Shown: positions 27,870 to 41,523 of the stretch, in pieces
How the letters are laid out: each line of letters opens with the position of its first letter
Numbering within the stretch: position 1 is the stretch's first letter
Assembly (NCBI GenBank): GCA_951406725.2
Contig: OX597822.1
Location: forward strand, 96,968,001-97,032,000
Direction of reading: 5' to 3'
Source: Octopus vulgaris
Lineage: Eukaryota
Length of the DNA: 64,000 bases
Program-made: the position numbers and the translations under genes
The notes under the pieces: model-generated
Database searches by the model: none
Told to the model about the DNA's origin: nothing
Seen by the model: only the letters and a program-made list of their open reading frames with translations

Positions 27870-30087
27870 TACATAAATATGTGTCTGTGTATACACACAC
27901 ACATTCATAATGTCCCCAAAATATTCTGTGAAAATAGATTATATATGAAATGAGTCATCCTTTCTCATTTGTTGCTGGTGCCTTCCCTTTCCAGCTTTTT
28001 CCCCTTCTTTCAATCTTAGAAGAATCTCAATTTCTTTATACTTTCTTTATATGGTGTAACTGTTCTCCTCATCAACTTTCTTTCCACCCTCACCTGCCCG
28101 CCCAAACTCACTCCACTGGATTTCACTGATAACTCCTTTTCTCTGTGTTGAAGGAGATGGGTGGAGAAAGCTTGCTTGGGAGAGAATCAAAGGGAGCTAC
28201 TGTTTTGGTATTCCATTGTTTTAAAAAAGATTTTTTTTTGCTTTGTGGAAGAAGGAAAGGGTTTAATTAATGACTGTTGCTGTTGAGTTTTAGAGACTGC
28301 CTTCAGAAGCTGGAGGTTGTTAGCTGTATGTATATATATATATATTTGTAGATAGAGAAAGCCTGCTGTTCAATGGTTGTTAAGATTTTTTCCTGTTCTG
28401 CTTCCCTTAGCCCCACTTTTATAGGACATCTACCACCATCTCTTCATTTCTGTTGAAAGTTGCATGCGCATCCCTTCTCTTATCTCAGCTTCCACTTCTA
28501 CCCATGCGGGGCAGTGGAGGGGGGGGGAGCAGCTATATAGCTGCCTCTTCAATGGAATGTATTCTCTCTCTCTCTCTCTCTCTCTCTCTTCAGTTATATC
28601 TCAGATGTAGAAATGCACACTAGCCAACCTGTCTGCTCTGGTTTACTTCCAATCATGTAACACCACAGCCACCACCACCACCACCACATACTGCTATATT
28701 CCATTGCACTTTCCTAATTTCTTTTCTCGCTCTCTCCTACCCCCCCCCCCACACACACACACTTATTGCATAGATCTTTGCTCATGTCTGGGAACTATTG
28801 TCATTTTCATCAGTCTCTGGTTCCTTTCCACATTCTCTGCCTTTTACTTCCTTTGGTCTCCTATTCTACCCCCCCCCCCACCTCTCTCTCTCTCTCCCAA
28901 TCTACAACAATGTCACTATTGGCAGCACACCACCACCACTACCCCAACGACTCCATCACCAGTGATTAGAGAAATTCTGCAACTTGACCCTGTCCCCTAC
29001 TAATTGCCTGACCATCCTTGTCACTTAACTAAACCTTCATTTTATTCTCCTTTCTAATTCTTATGTTCTCCTTTTTTTACTCCCCTGTCTTCCTTCCCCC
29101 CTCATTTCTCTTTCATTGCTTTTAGGTTTTTTGCTCTGATGTGATTTGCTTCTTTCATATCTTCAGCTTGTCCCTCTAACTCTGGTTAAACAAAACAAAT
29201 GGTTACCACTGGTAGACTCTGCACGTATCCAAGTGGTATCAACCAGATGTATGTGAGATGTGCGTATGGCAGTGAAGCTGTTCTGCATACTTTCACTTAT
29301 TGCCTGTTTTGTCGAACAGCTATTGTTGCATGTAGAATGGATCCAACTGTCAGCTGAGTCCAGTGTAAAAATTGACCAACCAACCAACCATCGTTTTGGC
29401 CAGAAAGGGAAACTTTCCTCTGCTTGGCTGCTAAAGCAAAAAAGAGATTGTGTGCTGAACATGACTGAAGTGAGCAAGGACAGACATTTTCCTCTGCAGC
29501 CAAGCCTTTATAAATTAAGTTCCATTTGGAGTGGGAAGTTGTATTAGAGGAGGAGGGGGCGCTTCCTTCCTGTATTTGGTTCTCATATCGGGAAATTTTC
29601 AGTCAGGCATGTTCTGGGTGGTTGTAGACTATTATGTTTAGTATGTGTTTACACCACTTGTCCATTTTCACATCAGAGTGTTAATATATTTTCCAGTGGA
29701 CATAGCACTTGTCTGTAAATATACTCTGACTTGACAAGGACTCAGCATCCAGAAGTGATGTAGTCGACCTTTGTATTGTACTAGTCATGTAGTCTTTACT
29801 CAATGTTGGCATCATCTTCCACTATTTTATTCTTCTAGTTATTTTTGGTATTGGGCTGATACAATTAGAATCAGATCTGTTTCTACCTTTAGCCCACACA
29901 TTTGGGCCCTTATTTGCAGCCACTCTGGCTTACTACCTCTCTGTTCAACCTCATGCATTATTTTCCTTGAGATGGTTTTTCTTTCATTTCCTCTTCAGTA
30001 TGTCTTGAAGTTTGATTTTGTCATTTGTATTTTCAAACTTTTCTGTTGTCTTGTCCTTATTTAAATGTGTTATTTCACTTGTCGTTT

Positions 30088-30141
<54 letters not shown>

Positions 30142-31395
30142 CTTCTTTATTACACGTGACAGTTTCTTGCTTCAAAGTGTTTTTCTAGTCACACTGTTGT
30201 TATTTTGTAGTAAGTAGTTCACTATTTGTATCAGACATTGCTTTTATGTGCAGAGTAGATAGATATATTCTATCTCCATCAGCTTTGTGATAATGACTTA
30301 GAAATGCTATCATTTTTTACCTCTTTTTTTTTTTTTATCTGCCTAGGCTTTTAACTTCACTTAACTTCAGTAAAATATGTTGAGCTGTAGTTTATAACTG
30401 AAAACACTAGTGCATTTTTATGCCTACAATTTTTTTATTTCTAGTATTAGTCTGACACTTCCCTACTCCTCTTTTGCAATTTTCTCTTTCATTTTAATAG
30501 ATTTATTCACACTTGAGTGGTTGGGGTCTAATTTCCTGGTTTTCACATTCTGAGCTCTTGTTTATTTGCTTCCTATATGATTTTTGAACACTTGTACAAT
30601 TCCATAGTTATTCCTTTGAATTGGCCATATTTATGAAGAATTTTAGTAGACTTTGCAGTTTAATATTATCCTTAGTTTATTATTATTATTATCAAGGCAA
30701 GGAGCTGGCAGAAATGTTAGCATACTAGGCAAAATGCTTAGCGGTATTTCGTCTGTCTTTACGTTCTGAGTTCAAATTCTGCTGAGGTCAACTTTACCTT
30801 TCATCCTTTTGGGGTCGATAAATTTAGTACAAATTGAATACTGGGGTCAATGTAATCGACTCTTCCCTTCCCCTAAATTGGCTGCCCTTGGGGCAAAATT
30901 TGAAACCATTATTATTATTATTAATATGGTGGCAACTAATTGGCAGAATCTTCACTGTGCCAGACAAAATGCTTAGTGGCATTTTGCCCATCCTTACATT
31001 CTGAGTTCAAATCTCGCCAAAGTCTACTTTGCCATTCATTCTTTCAGGATTGATGCAAAAAAATGTCACAGTCAAGCACTGGGGTCATTGTTATCGACTA
31101 TCTTCCTTCCCCCCAAATTTCAGGCCTTGTGCCAGTATCGTCATCATCATTTGTCACAGTAGTTTGAAAAGTTGTCTCATTCAAATAGACATTGAAGTGA
31201 GTGTGGGGGGAAGATAGGGGTGGGATTGATGCTGGGGAAAAAAATAAAATGATGTTTTTGAAAAGAAGGAAATCCAATATTCTTTAGCTTTTTCTTTAAG
31301 AGCTTGCCTGTATACTTCTTACAAACTACAACTAACTGGTACAGCAGAGTAGGGAGTAACTTTAGTACACATCTCACACAAACATTCTTCACCGT

Positions 31396-31425
<30 letters not shown>

Positions 31426-31429
<4 letters not shown>

Positions 31430-31626
31430 ACGGGAAAGTTTACGAAAATAAACAAAAGACGAAGGCAGGTGGAGTACAAACAAACAAATGTATTAGTATA
31501 GCGCTCAGGAATAGAAATAGAAAAGGTCTTTTACGTTTCGAGCCTACGCTCTTCGACAGAAAGATACACAGAAAAAAAACAAGGAGAGAAAAAAATGCGT
31601 GTAGGAGCTAACGACCTATCATGGCG
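31426..31626 (-). mobile_element. Second copy of the ~200-bp hammerhead-like element (motif at 31527-31564)
   Basis: Reverse complement of 59990-60200 with an identical 38-nt motif. Its 3' end abuts (TA)n. Confidence 0.6.
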
Positions 31627-31995
31627 TACATACATACATATCAATGTAAAATACATGTGTGTGTGTGTGTGTGTGTGTGTATGTAACCATGCACATGTGC
31701 AGCTGCACATATTCTCTCTCTCTCTCTGTTTATCTGTTATTGTTGAGTTCTAATACTTGTACAGGATGCTGCCACACTGTTTGAAAGACCTAAAGAAATT
31801 AGTTTGCAATCAATAGAAACTGTAGTGAGTCAATAGTATAATAACTGATGACTAAACTATGTGCTACATTCAGCTACTGGAACTTATTACATATAAAACT
31901 AGTGGGTGGTTGCGTGACACGGTTGTGTGTCTGCCTGTATGTATGTATGTGTGTGTGTGTGTGTGTATGTATGCATTAGGATTTACTAACAGACT

Positions 31996-32030
<35 letters not shown>

Positions 32031-32464
32031 TGATCAAGTACTGTCTTTTCTGACTCCAGTAATTTTGTTATCATGAAATGATTAAGGAGAGGCGGGCAGC
32101 AGTGTAGTATGGGGGTGGGATATATTTCAATGTATATCTGTTTAGTCTTGTAATCTTTCGTAATGATGGTGATAATGATGATGATGATGATGATGGCGGT
32201 GGATGGTGATGAGTAGGACAACTTTTTTAGCAAAGCAATAAAGCTGCTTCTGATGTAAAAGTGGTGGTGGTGGGTGAGAAAGTGATGGGTTGATTTGGCA
32301 CTTGTGATCTTCTTACCTTTTTGTAAAAGCATTTAAACCAGTCATTAAGTGAAAAAGTGCCAACAGTTTAGTGTTGCACCGACAGAGATTTCATTGACCC
32401 ACTACCACCACTACTACTACTACTACTATTATTATTATTATTATTAATAATAATAATAATAATC

Positions 32465-32745
32465 AAACAGATTTGCTTGTCAGTTGCTTGACCTTAGCCA
32501 GTTGAGCATGTCCCTTAGTGGCTGATGATATGTGCATCTCTGATCATAAGCAGGAGTAGTGAGCAAGCATCCTAGCCATGTGCTAAGAGGAATTCTTTGC
32601 AGTTTGAATAATTCACCTCAAGAAACATGGGCATTTCGTTTGTCTTCTTTAAACAGCCCTTTATTCAGGGACTTTTTGAGCAGGATGTTTTACTCGACCT
32701 GAAAAAAATTCTAACTGGGCCCCACCTGCAAGGTCATGCTCTGTT
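32465..32745. repeat. Dispersed repeat adjoining (TAA)n; second copy at 5635-5787
   Basis: Shared block gcag.agtagtg...gcatc.tagc.atgtg...ataattcacct...gaaacatggg...ccttattcaggga.ttttgagc.ggatg...tactcgacct. Confidence 0.6.
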
Positions 32746-33144
32746 CAACAATCAGGTCTTAGGGTTAATGGTGTTGATTTCCCCTCTCCCCTCAAAATTG
32801 TTGGCTCAGCTTTTTATGATCTGAGTTCAAATGTTTCCAAGGTCGACTTTGCCTTTCATTCTTTCAGGGTCGATAAAGTAAATACCAGCTGAACATTGGG
32901 GTCAAAGTAATCAATTTCCTCCTCCTCCAATAAATTGTGGTTAAGATAACAAGTTGTGAAATTCTGTGTATTAATTAATATTTGTGTTGTGGTTTCAACC
33001 GTGTATTGAAGTAGGAGGAAAGAGGGTCACAAATTTTATCTCCAACAGCAGCAGCGATGGTTGTGATGGAGTGATGATGTCAGTGGTGGTGACAGCAGTA
33101 GCAGAACTTGAATTATCCCACTCATAAAACATTTTATAATTACA

Positions 33145-33528
33145 CTAGCAGTATCGCCCGGCGTTGCTCAGGTTTGTAAGGGAAATAACTATAAAGCATT
33201 TTTAGAGAGTTATAGCCAAAAAATATCAAAAAAATGGAAAAAAATGATGGTAAATTTTTTGAGAGTAAAAAAGGTGGAGTTGCGTCCCCTAGACAGTTTG
33301 CGGTTTGTGTTTCTGATTCTCGACCCCCATGTCGAATTTATCGATTTTTTTCAGAACTGGGGGAACTTTTCAAAATTTTCGCTGCGTTAGTTTTGAATTA
33401 TGACATTGGGCTATGTGTGTGTGTCAAGTTTCATCAGAATCGGTTGAAAGCCGTGGTCAGGGTGAGGGTACAAGCAAACAGACACACAGAAACACGCACA
33501 GACAAACTGCCGTTTATATAGAGAGAGA
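33145..33528 (-). mobile_element. Non-autonomous Helitron-like element (Lep1-like architecture)
   Basis: On the minus strand it starts A|TC and ends CTAG|T, with an imperfect subterminal hairpin (cctgagcaacgccggg). It contains aagtttcatcagaatcgg and acaga-like repeats. No TSD; CpG-rich, so probably young. Confidence 0.65.
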
Positions 33529-33926
33529 TTCTTCTACTTAGTTTACGAGCAAATTCTTTCTTTTTTTTTTTTTTTTTTGATAATCTCTAGATTTCAAGGA
33601 GACTTGTTGGAGTCAGTTTTAGGGAGATGGATTGGTTGGGGGTTAAAAAAAATCCAACTGTTAAGTGATGACGTAAGGGTCTTGCATTCTCCAGTGGAAT
33701 TTATTTGTTATGTTTTGTTTAACATTGTGTAACAGACTCGACAGTGACCTTCTCTAGTTCAAATGTCCTTACAATGATGTGTTCAATATATATTGCCATC
33801 TCATGTCCTTCATTATTGATTCTTCTCATCTCTTCATGTCGGTATGCAGTAGAGCAGCCTTATGGAATGTTCTCTTACCAAATTGTCATCACTTAGTTAT
33901 TTCCTCTATCAACTACACTTTCCACT

Positions 33927-34011
<85 letters not shown>

Positions 34012-35159
34012 TGCTCTCTCTCACTCACTCTCTCTCTTAAAGATTATCTGTCTGCTTTTGTTTTTGTTGGTCTGAGCAGTTGATGGGTGGTGGAAAAGAG
34101 AAGTACTTGTGGGTTTTTCTGCGTTGTTTATAGATTGGGAAATACGTACATACATACAGGCAGCATGTGTGTGTAACAAGCCTTGAGGTTCATTGAACCA
34201 GTGCATATCTCAGTTTACATGTTGTATAAGCAGCCAAAAGAATACAAAACTCCACTTCACTCCATCCTGAATAGGACACCAAACCATTGTTAGGTTAACT
34301 CCCCAACTACTACTGACACTCGTTCTAAGCTAGATGGACAGGAACAATGTGAAATAAACAGCCTTGCTCAAGGACTCAGCACTCTCCTTGGCCTGGGAAT
34401 TGAAACCACGTGCTTATAATCATGACTACAACACTATTACCACCAGGACAGCTCATCATATGAGAGTTGCTTGGAAATAGTGATGCTAGGTGATGTACTC
34501 ATCAGGGGTTTTTTTCATCAGATGCTTTTCATTGAGTGGATTTCATGAAAGCAATGGAAGTGTTGTGCTTGGATGCCCTTCCTGTTGCCAAACCGTTGAC
34601 AGGTCTATGAAGTCATGTTTCACCTCAATATCTGGTCTCTTGGCCATAACTGCTTTAGGGTACTTTTACTGCCTGACCTTTATCTTGATTCTGTTGTTAA
34701 TCATTGAGTGAACTCAGCTTTCAACCTATTTTCCTCCTGTGAGACACGAATCATGTACGACATTGACACATTGACGGTATCCTTGTAAATAGTTACAGTG
34801 AAACCTAATTTTATTTTGTCTTGTTTTGCACCTTCAACTCTTGATTAAGGTTTAGGGGTGCTGTCATGACTTACTGTGTGTCTTGGGCAACTTTAAATCT
34901 AAGCTAACCACAACCTATTTCAGCTTGAATGATTAGGGAGACATTCAGACAGAAAGAGAGTGGTTTATTTATCGAGTCGAAAAAGATGAAGGTAAAGTTA
35001 ACCTTAATTGTATTTGGACTCAGAACTCAGGGAGCTGGAACAAATCATTTCAAGGCAATCAGTCCAATATTCTAAATAGTCAACCAAATTTACTGCTTAT
35101 TGTATTCAATTCTAGTAATTTTCTGTTGAGATACTATTTCACATTCTTGACTGTGCATA

Positions 35160-35384
35160 TTAACCCTTTTGCATTTAAACAAGCCATATGTAGCCCAAAT
35201 ATTCTACCTGTTTTATGTTTAAACAGGCCAGATTCAGCCTCTCACACCTATCCTACACTGTCTTACTAAAAATAAACAATCACATCATTGAAATTTCAAA
35301 GCCATGTGATAATGCATGATTAATTCAAAACAATATGAATATACAAACATTATATTTGACAGTAAACTGAATGCTAAAAGGTTG
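35160..35384. mobile_element. Diverged piggyBac-type MITE family B
   Basis: TTAACCCTTTT start, internal similarity to other family-B copies, and a decayed right end (aaaaggttga). Confidence 0.65.
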
Positions 35385-35545
35385 AAGAATGTAAAAATTA
35401 GGCCTGTTCCAAACTGATGGCTATTTTTATCTGATGTATTTATTTTGCTCTAAGTCAAATTAGTATCTCTTACCCTGCTGCCCCTTGGTGAGTTTCTGTG
35501 TCTGATCGGCTAAGCATTAGAGAACAAATAATCTGTGTTGAGAAG

Positions 35546-35998
35546 TTAACCCTTTTGTTACCATATTTCTGTTGATTTACAGTTAGTTTATTTCAATTAA
35601 TTTTGAAAAATAATAAAGAACATACTAAGATATTTTGGTCATTACTAAGCTGGTAATGGGACATAAATTAACATAGAAGCTTAACCCTTTAGTTACCAAC
35701 CCAGCTGAAACCGGCTCTGGCCCTTTAGTATAAATGTCTTGTTTTCATAAGTTTTGAATTCACACCTTCCACCAAATCTTCATCAAAATTTATGTTCCTA
35801 ACACTAGCTGAATGATAACAAAGTTATTTTACTAAATTCTTTGTTATATTTGAAATAATTGAAAGAAACACGGAGCATCTCAAAATAAATATAGTAATGA
35901 AAGGGTTAATGGGTAATTTTTAACTAGATCACTTCGATACCTGGAGTTTGCATCAGTAGCAAAGGCAGCCTTGGGTGGGTTGGTATCAAAAGGGTTAC
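35546..35998. mobile_element. Older family-A-like MITE with a younger family-A MITE nested in opposite orientation (35681-35909)
   Basis: Outer TTAACCCTTTTGTTACC...GGTATCAAAAGGGTTAC. Inner TTAACCCTTTAGTTACC...GTAATGAAAGGGTTAA is the reverse complement of the 1314-1767 outer element. Confidence 0.75.
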
Positions 35999-36931
35999 AG
36001 GCCAGCATACATGCAAAACACAACATTCAAAAATGATTTTATTGCCCAGTGGGTACTGTCTCCTCCGCTGCCATATTCAGAAAGTGTTTTAACATAGTTT
36101 CAAGTTTGCTCTGAGTGATTGATTGGTTTTTGTAATTGAATTCATTTTGTGTAGTCTTCACTTGAAGAATGCCACCGTCAGCAATTGTTTGCTTATTATG
36201 ATTATTAGAGGGGAGTTAGCGTAGCATTGTATGTGTAGGGGTTGTCACGAGACCATCTAATTCTCAGTGTTTTCTTTCTATTGATTGATTTTCACAGAAA
36301 ATTGCTGATATTCTGTAATAATTGCTGTTCTTAATTCAATAGTTCCTGATGTGATTATAATTTGTTAAGTGTTTTTTTTATTTTTATTTTGTTGTGTGTG
36401 TGTGTGTGTGGTGTTTTATTTTTAACCCTGGAATGGCACAAAATATGATTGGTTGTATTCACCACAGTTGATGACTGATACGTGTTTTAGTGAATAAAGA
36501 TTAATGTATATTTATTTAGAATTGACAAATGGTGATTCAAAGTTGGATATAAGGATAGTCTCGGATGTCAAACCACACAACTCATAACTGTTCTGTCAAT
36601 AATGTTGTCTATTACTAATACAATAACGAACCATTGTTCCCATAAGGTTACAATCGTTTGTCAGTCTACTTTCAGTTTATTCCTATAAGTCTTACTCAGG
36701 AGTTTAGCTTAAACACACTTGGAGAAAAAAAAAATCCACTCCTGTTTGAATTACTATGTATGTAATATAATTAATATAAAGTGATTTTGTTATTAATAGT
36801 TTTTTTATTATCAGTACTAATCTCTATACATTTATTAACCAAACAACGAATGCCTAGTGCTTTATATGCCAACTTTCCACATTACAGTTTCCCAATATCT
36901 TCTTCAAACACTACTTTCACGTGCGCACACA

Positions 36932-36964
<33 letters not shown>

Positions 36965-38562
36965 CTCCCTTCCATATCTTCTACTTTTTATTTCAGTTCC
37001 ACCCGGATCATAGACTTCCATATTTATTTAATTTGTTTACTAATTTATTTTCCATTTAGTTTATAGTCCAAATCTTAATTCCCTTATGCCTTTGGTATAT
37101 TATATTACTCACATGCATATACACATACACACACACACAGTCGCCGTGCCAACAGAATACAGGTGTAACCGGGGGGTGGGATGCTGATGAGGCACATTAA
37201 CAAAAACAAATTATTTAACACTTCCTGCTTTATAGAATTTATGTTCTATATTCTCGCTGCCATGCATAGTCATTTCAGTGAAGCTAAACCAAAAGCTGGG
37301 TGGTGGCAGTGGAACAGTGATGGCATTGATGGTGACGGTGGTGGTGGTGGTGATGGTGCAATGTAGAACTGGTGAAATGTGATTTGGTTAAATGAGGCAG
37401 AAAGAGAGACTCTTATAATCCTTGTCTGGCAGTCTTGAAACATCAAAGTGTTTGTGAAGAATTGCAGAATGTCAAGTTGTGGCTGTTTTTGCTGGAAACC
37501 AAACACTTGTAATCAAACTACTTGCTTTGCTAGGTTCTTACAAATAATGATGGTCGTGGTGGCGGGTTCAATCTCTTCTTCCAGCTCTTATCCATCAGAC
37601 ATGATCAGGTTTGTTCCAGTTATGACCATCCAATCTTTTATTTAAATAAACTGTGTTTACTACTACTACTACTACTACTACATTACCCAGTTTTCTTTTT
37701 TTTTTTCCAAAAGACAGTAAGGTGTGATGAAACTCTTAACTACTATTTCTACCAGATTGTATGAACACATAGAGGCAGTAAAAGCACCCACTACACTCTC
37801 GGTGTGGTTGGCGCTAGGAAAGGCATCCAGCTGTAGAAACTCTGCCAGATCAAGATTGAAGCATGGTGCAGCCATCTGGTTTGCCAGCCCTCAGTCATAC
37901 GTCCAACCCATGCTAGCATGGAAAGCGGACGTTAAACGATGATGATGATGATGACATATATATCATCTTTGTCATTATCCTTTAATGTCTGCTTTTCATG
38001 CTGACATTGGTCAGATGGTTCAACCAGTGTTGGCAAACTGAGTGCTGTACCAGGTTCCAGTTTGATTTGGTTTGGTTTCTATGGCTGGGTACTCTTGCTA
38101 ACCTCTGTGTGTGTGTGTGTTTGTACATATACATACACACACATACAACAGGCTTAAATCTGCCCACCAGGCTTTTGGTCAGCCCTGAGCTATAGTAGAA
38201 GACACTTGTCCAAGATGCCACACAGTATGACTGAACTTAGAACCATGTAGTTTGGAAGCAAGCTTTTTACCAACAGCCAAGCCTGCAATGTTTAATGTTT
38301 GTAAACACAGCAGTAATGCATAAAGGTGTCCATTGCAGTGTCCAGTGGAGCTGAACTAATCAAGGGTCATTGACTGAAAGTTGTTGTTTCTTGGTATGAG
38401 AATGGCCTTTAGCTAAATGTCAGCTTGGTTTAGGTTTGTTGTATCTTTATCATGTTTACACCTAATGTATTTCACAGTGTTTACACACTCATTGCATATC
38501 AGTTTATTATAAACAACATTATTCAGTGTTCTTTTACAATTGTTTAGTCTCTGCTTCATATA

Positions 38563-38778
38563 TACAAGGGGCTTGCTGAAAAGTTCCTGGCTGTAAGGCT
38601 TTAAAACAAAAAGCCTGATTGGAGGCCCAACCTCCTGAGTCCTTTTACAGGGCTTAGGAAAAACTGAAGGATCGCTGCTGTAAGTGTGAGAAGGGAATAT
38701 GTTGAATGAAATCATAATTAACTGATCCTCCTGTAATTTCTTTCATCCAAAGCCAGGAACTTTTCAGCACTCTGTGTA
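38563..38778 (+). mobile_element. Internally deleted mariner/Tc1 element
   Basis: TIR cores GCTGAAAAGTTCCTGGCT / AGCCAGGAACTTTTCAGC, TA flanks, and a transposase C-terminal remnant (EKLKDRC.KC..EYVE*). Confidence 0.7.
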
Positions 38779-38838
38779 TGTGTGTGTGTATCATTCCAAC
38801 CCATGCTAGCATGGAAAGCGGACGTTAAACGATGATGA

Positions 38839-38888
<50 letters not shown>

Positions 38889-39907
38889 TTTACTCTTTTA
38901 CTTGTTTCAGTCATTTGACTGCGGCCATGCTGGAGCACCACCTTTAATCAAGTACCAGTTGCATACTGGGGTCGATCTAATCCACTGGCCCCTCTCCCCC
39001 AAAATTTCGGACCATGTGCCTAGAGTAGAAAAGATTATTATCATTATTATTGTTGCATTTTATCTGTCATTACATTTTGAGTTCAAATTCCACAGAGGTT
39101 GACTTTACCTTTCATCCTCTCAGGGTTGATAGAATAAGTTCCAATTGATCACGGCGGGTTGATGTAAATTGACTTTCTCTCTCCCTCCAAAATTCATGGC
39201 CTTGTGTCAAAATTTGAAATCACTATTATTATCATTATTATCCATTTTGTTCATCATGTACACATACATGTGTATTCAGCATTATTTCATTTATTTTATT
39301 CAGTTTTAAGCATAATTGAAGCATGCCTCTGGACAGTTCAAGAGCATATTGAACTTATTTTGTCTGTGAATTTTGCCTTCTCCGTATTTACTAGAATATT
39401 TTTTTTATTCGGAATAATAAAAATTTTTTTATAAATTTCATTTAAAAATTTTTTTCTTTTATTTTTTTTAACAAAACCAAATGTTTTTTTTTTTTTTTTT
39501 CCCCCTGTTTTGTTTTGTTGATATATTTTAATCTGAGTTAACCACTGTGGAGCTTAAATAGATTATTTTTTAATGCCAGTTGCTATTGTTCTCTGAAACC
39601 AACTAGAGAACAATTGCAGAATATATACTGGATGATATTGGATTAATTGTTAATACCAGGAAGTTTCTCATTTTTTTTTTTCTTGTCTCAGAGTTGGCTG
39701 TTTTTTTCATTTCCTGCTTTATGATTTAGTCACCGTGTTTATTCTTAGAAATAGAAGCAATTTACATCACAGATTATTTCGAAGATAGTCCTTCATCCAA
39801 ACATAATTTGGGGTGCAAAGAAAAAAAAATGTTTATTTATTTATTTATTTATTTCTGTTCTATTTTTCTATTTACTGATCTTATTAATAGCTTCTGTGTA
39901 ATTCAGT

Positions 39908-40258
39908 TCATCATCGTCATCATCATCGTTTAACGTCCGCTTTCCATGCTGGCATGGGTTAGACGATTTGATTGAGGACTGGTGAACCTGATGGCTGCAC
40001 TGGGCTTCCAATCTGATCTGGCAGAGTTTCTACAGCTGGATGCCCTTCCTAATGCCAGGTGAACCTGATGGCTGCACTGGGCTCCAATCTGATCTGGCAG
40101 AGTTTCTACAGCTGGATGCCCTTCCTAATGCCCACCACTCCAAGAGTGTAGTGGGTACAACGACCTCACTCGAATATTTTTCACGTGCCACTGGCACAAG
40201 TACCAGTAAGGTAATGCTGGTAACGATCACGCTCAAATGATGCTTTTTACATGCCACC
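39908..40258 (-). mobile_element. SINE family 3 (RTE-like 3' tail ending in (GAT)n) with an internal tandem duplication
   Basis: catcatcgtttaacgtccgctttccatgct tail. The block ggtgaacctgatggctgcactggg...cttcctaatgcc occurs twice. Related copies at about 37780-37955 (+), 41764-41885, 50613-50845, 55110-55275 and 60206-60361. Confidence 0.75.
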
Positions 40259-41423
40259 ATATATATATATGTATAGATATATATACGACAGGCTTCTTTC
40301 AGTTTCCATCTACCAAATCCACTGACAAGGCTTTGGTTGGCCCGAGGCTATAGTAGAAGACACTTGCCCAAGGTGCCACGCAGTGGGACTGAACCTGGAA
40401 CTATGTGGTTGGTCGGCAAGCTACTTACCACACAGCCACTCCTGCGCCTATATACATACACACACACACATACATACATACATACATACATACAAATAAA
40501 TGCCTTCAGTGAATTCATCTTATTACTGAGTTTCAGACAATTACACATATGAGGTATGTAACTGCAATCCTTCAGATAATTATGTGTGTGTGTGACATGC
40601 CAATTTTCTATTAGTATAAAAGTTGCTAAGACATATCATTAATGTATTAGCATTGAAGCAGGATGGTGTCTCGGTGACTGACAGCAACTAATTTTTCAGG
40701 GCTTCTTCCATTAATTACCTCACACTTTTGTTACGTCATTACTGATTGAGGCCAGTGTTTTGTTGTTCTCTATTCTCAAATCTGCCTTGCTATAAAATAA
40801 AATAAAATAAAATACATTAAAAAAATGATATCGCTGATGCAACACGATAATTACTATACAGAAGATGCTGACAAAAACCATATAAGTGTTTCTTTCAATT
40901 TAGAAAGATGTTTCTTTCTCCTTTCATATTCTTGCAGTGAAAACCGAGTATAAATTGAATTATTGCTGCAAAATGCAAAATATTGTCCAAGTTGTGTCTT
41001 TGTCATAAAACTAGTAATGTTTGTGTGAGGGAGGGAGAGAGAGAGGAATGGAATCAGCTTGTTATTTTGATATTATTTATTCTAAACTACTGCCTCCATC
41101 TGTCTTGAATAAACAAACAGGTTGGTACCAACCTGCTTGACACTGCCCCTGGTTCTATGATATTAACTTCTTGCTTAAAATAATCTAAATCAAAGGCTTT
41201 CATCAAAATTTCATGCTAGTTTGTGTTCCAGATACCAATTTAATAATGGCAGTTATTTTACTAAATTCTTCATTATTCAAAATCAATTGAAACAAATGCA
41301 ATATATTTCAATAGAAATATGGTACAAAAGAGTTTGTTTAGTCTATATACATGCACACACACACACAGCCATAAATGATGAGTGCCACTAGTGCAATTAT
41401 GAATTCTAATCAAATTAAATTAT

Positions 41424-41523
41424 CTCATGAAGATAATATGGACGCCGCTCGGGCTCGAAAATTTAACCGTTATGTAAACCTCCTCGAGGAATATGAAGAC
41501 GCAGGCTGGAAAGCGGAACATTT
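41424..41523 (+). mobile_element. ~100-bp fragment of the RLE endonuclease domain of a HERO/NeSL-like LINE
   Basis: HEDNMDAARARKFNRYVNLLEEYEDAGWKAEH resembles the PWEEN..EA.ERK..KY..L..EC...GW motif. It is a GC/CpG-rich island in AT-rich DNA. Confidence 0.55.

Noticed and set aside
33234-33521. 95-aa ORF
   Set aside because: Lies wholly within the non-autonomous Helitron-like element and shows no Rep or helicase motifs.
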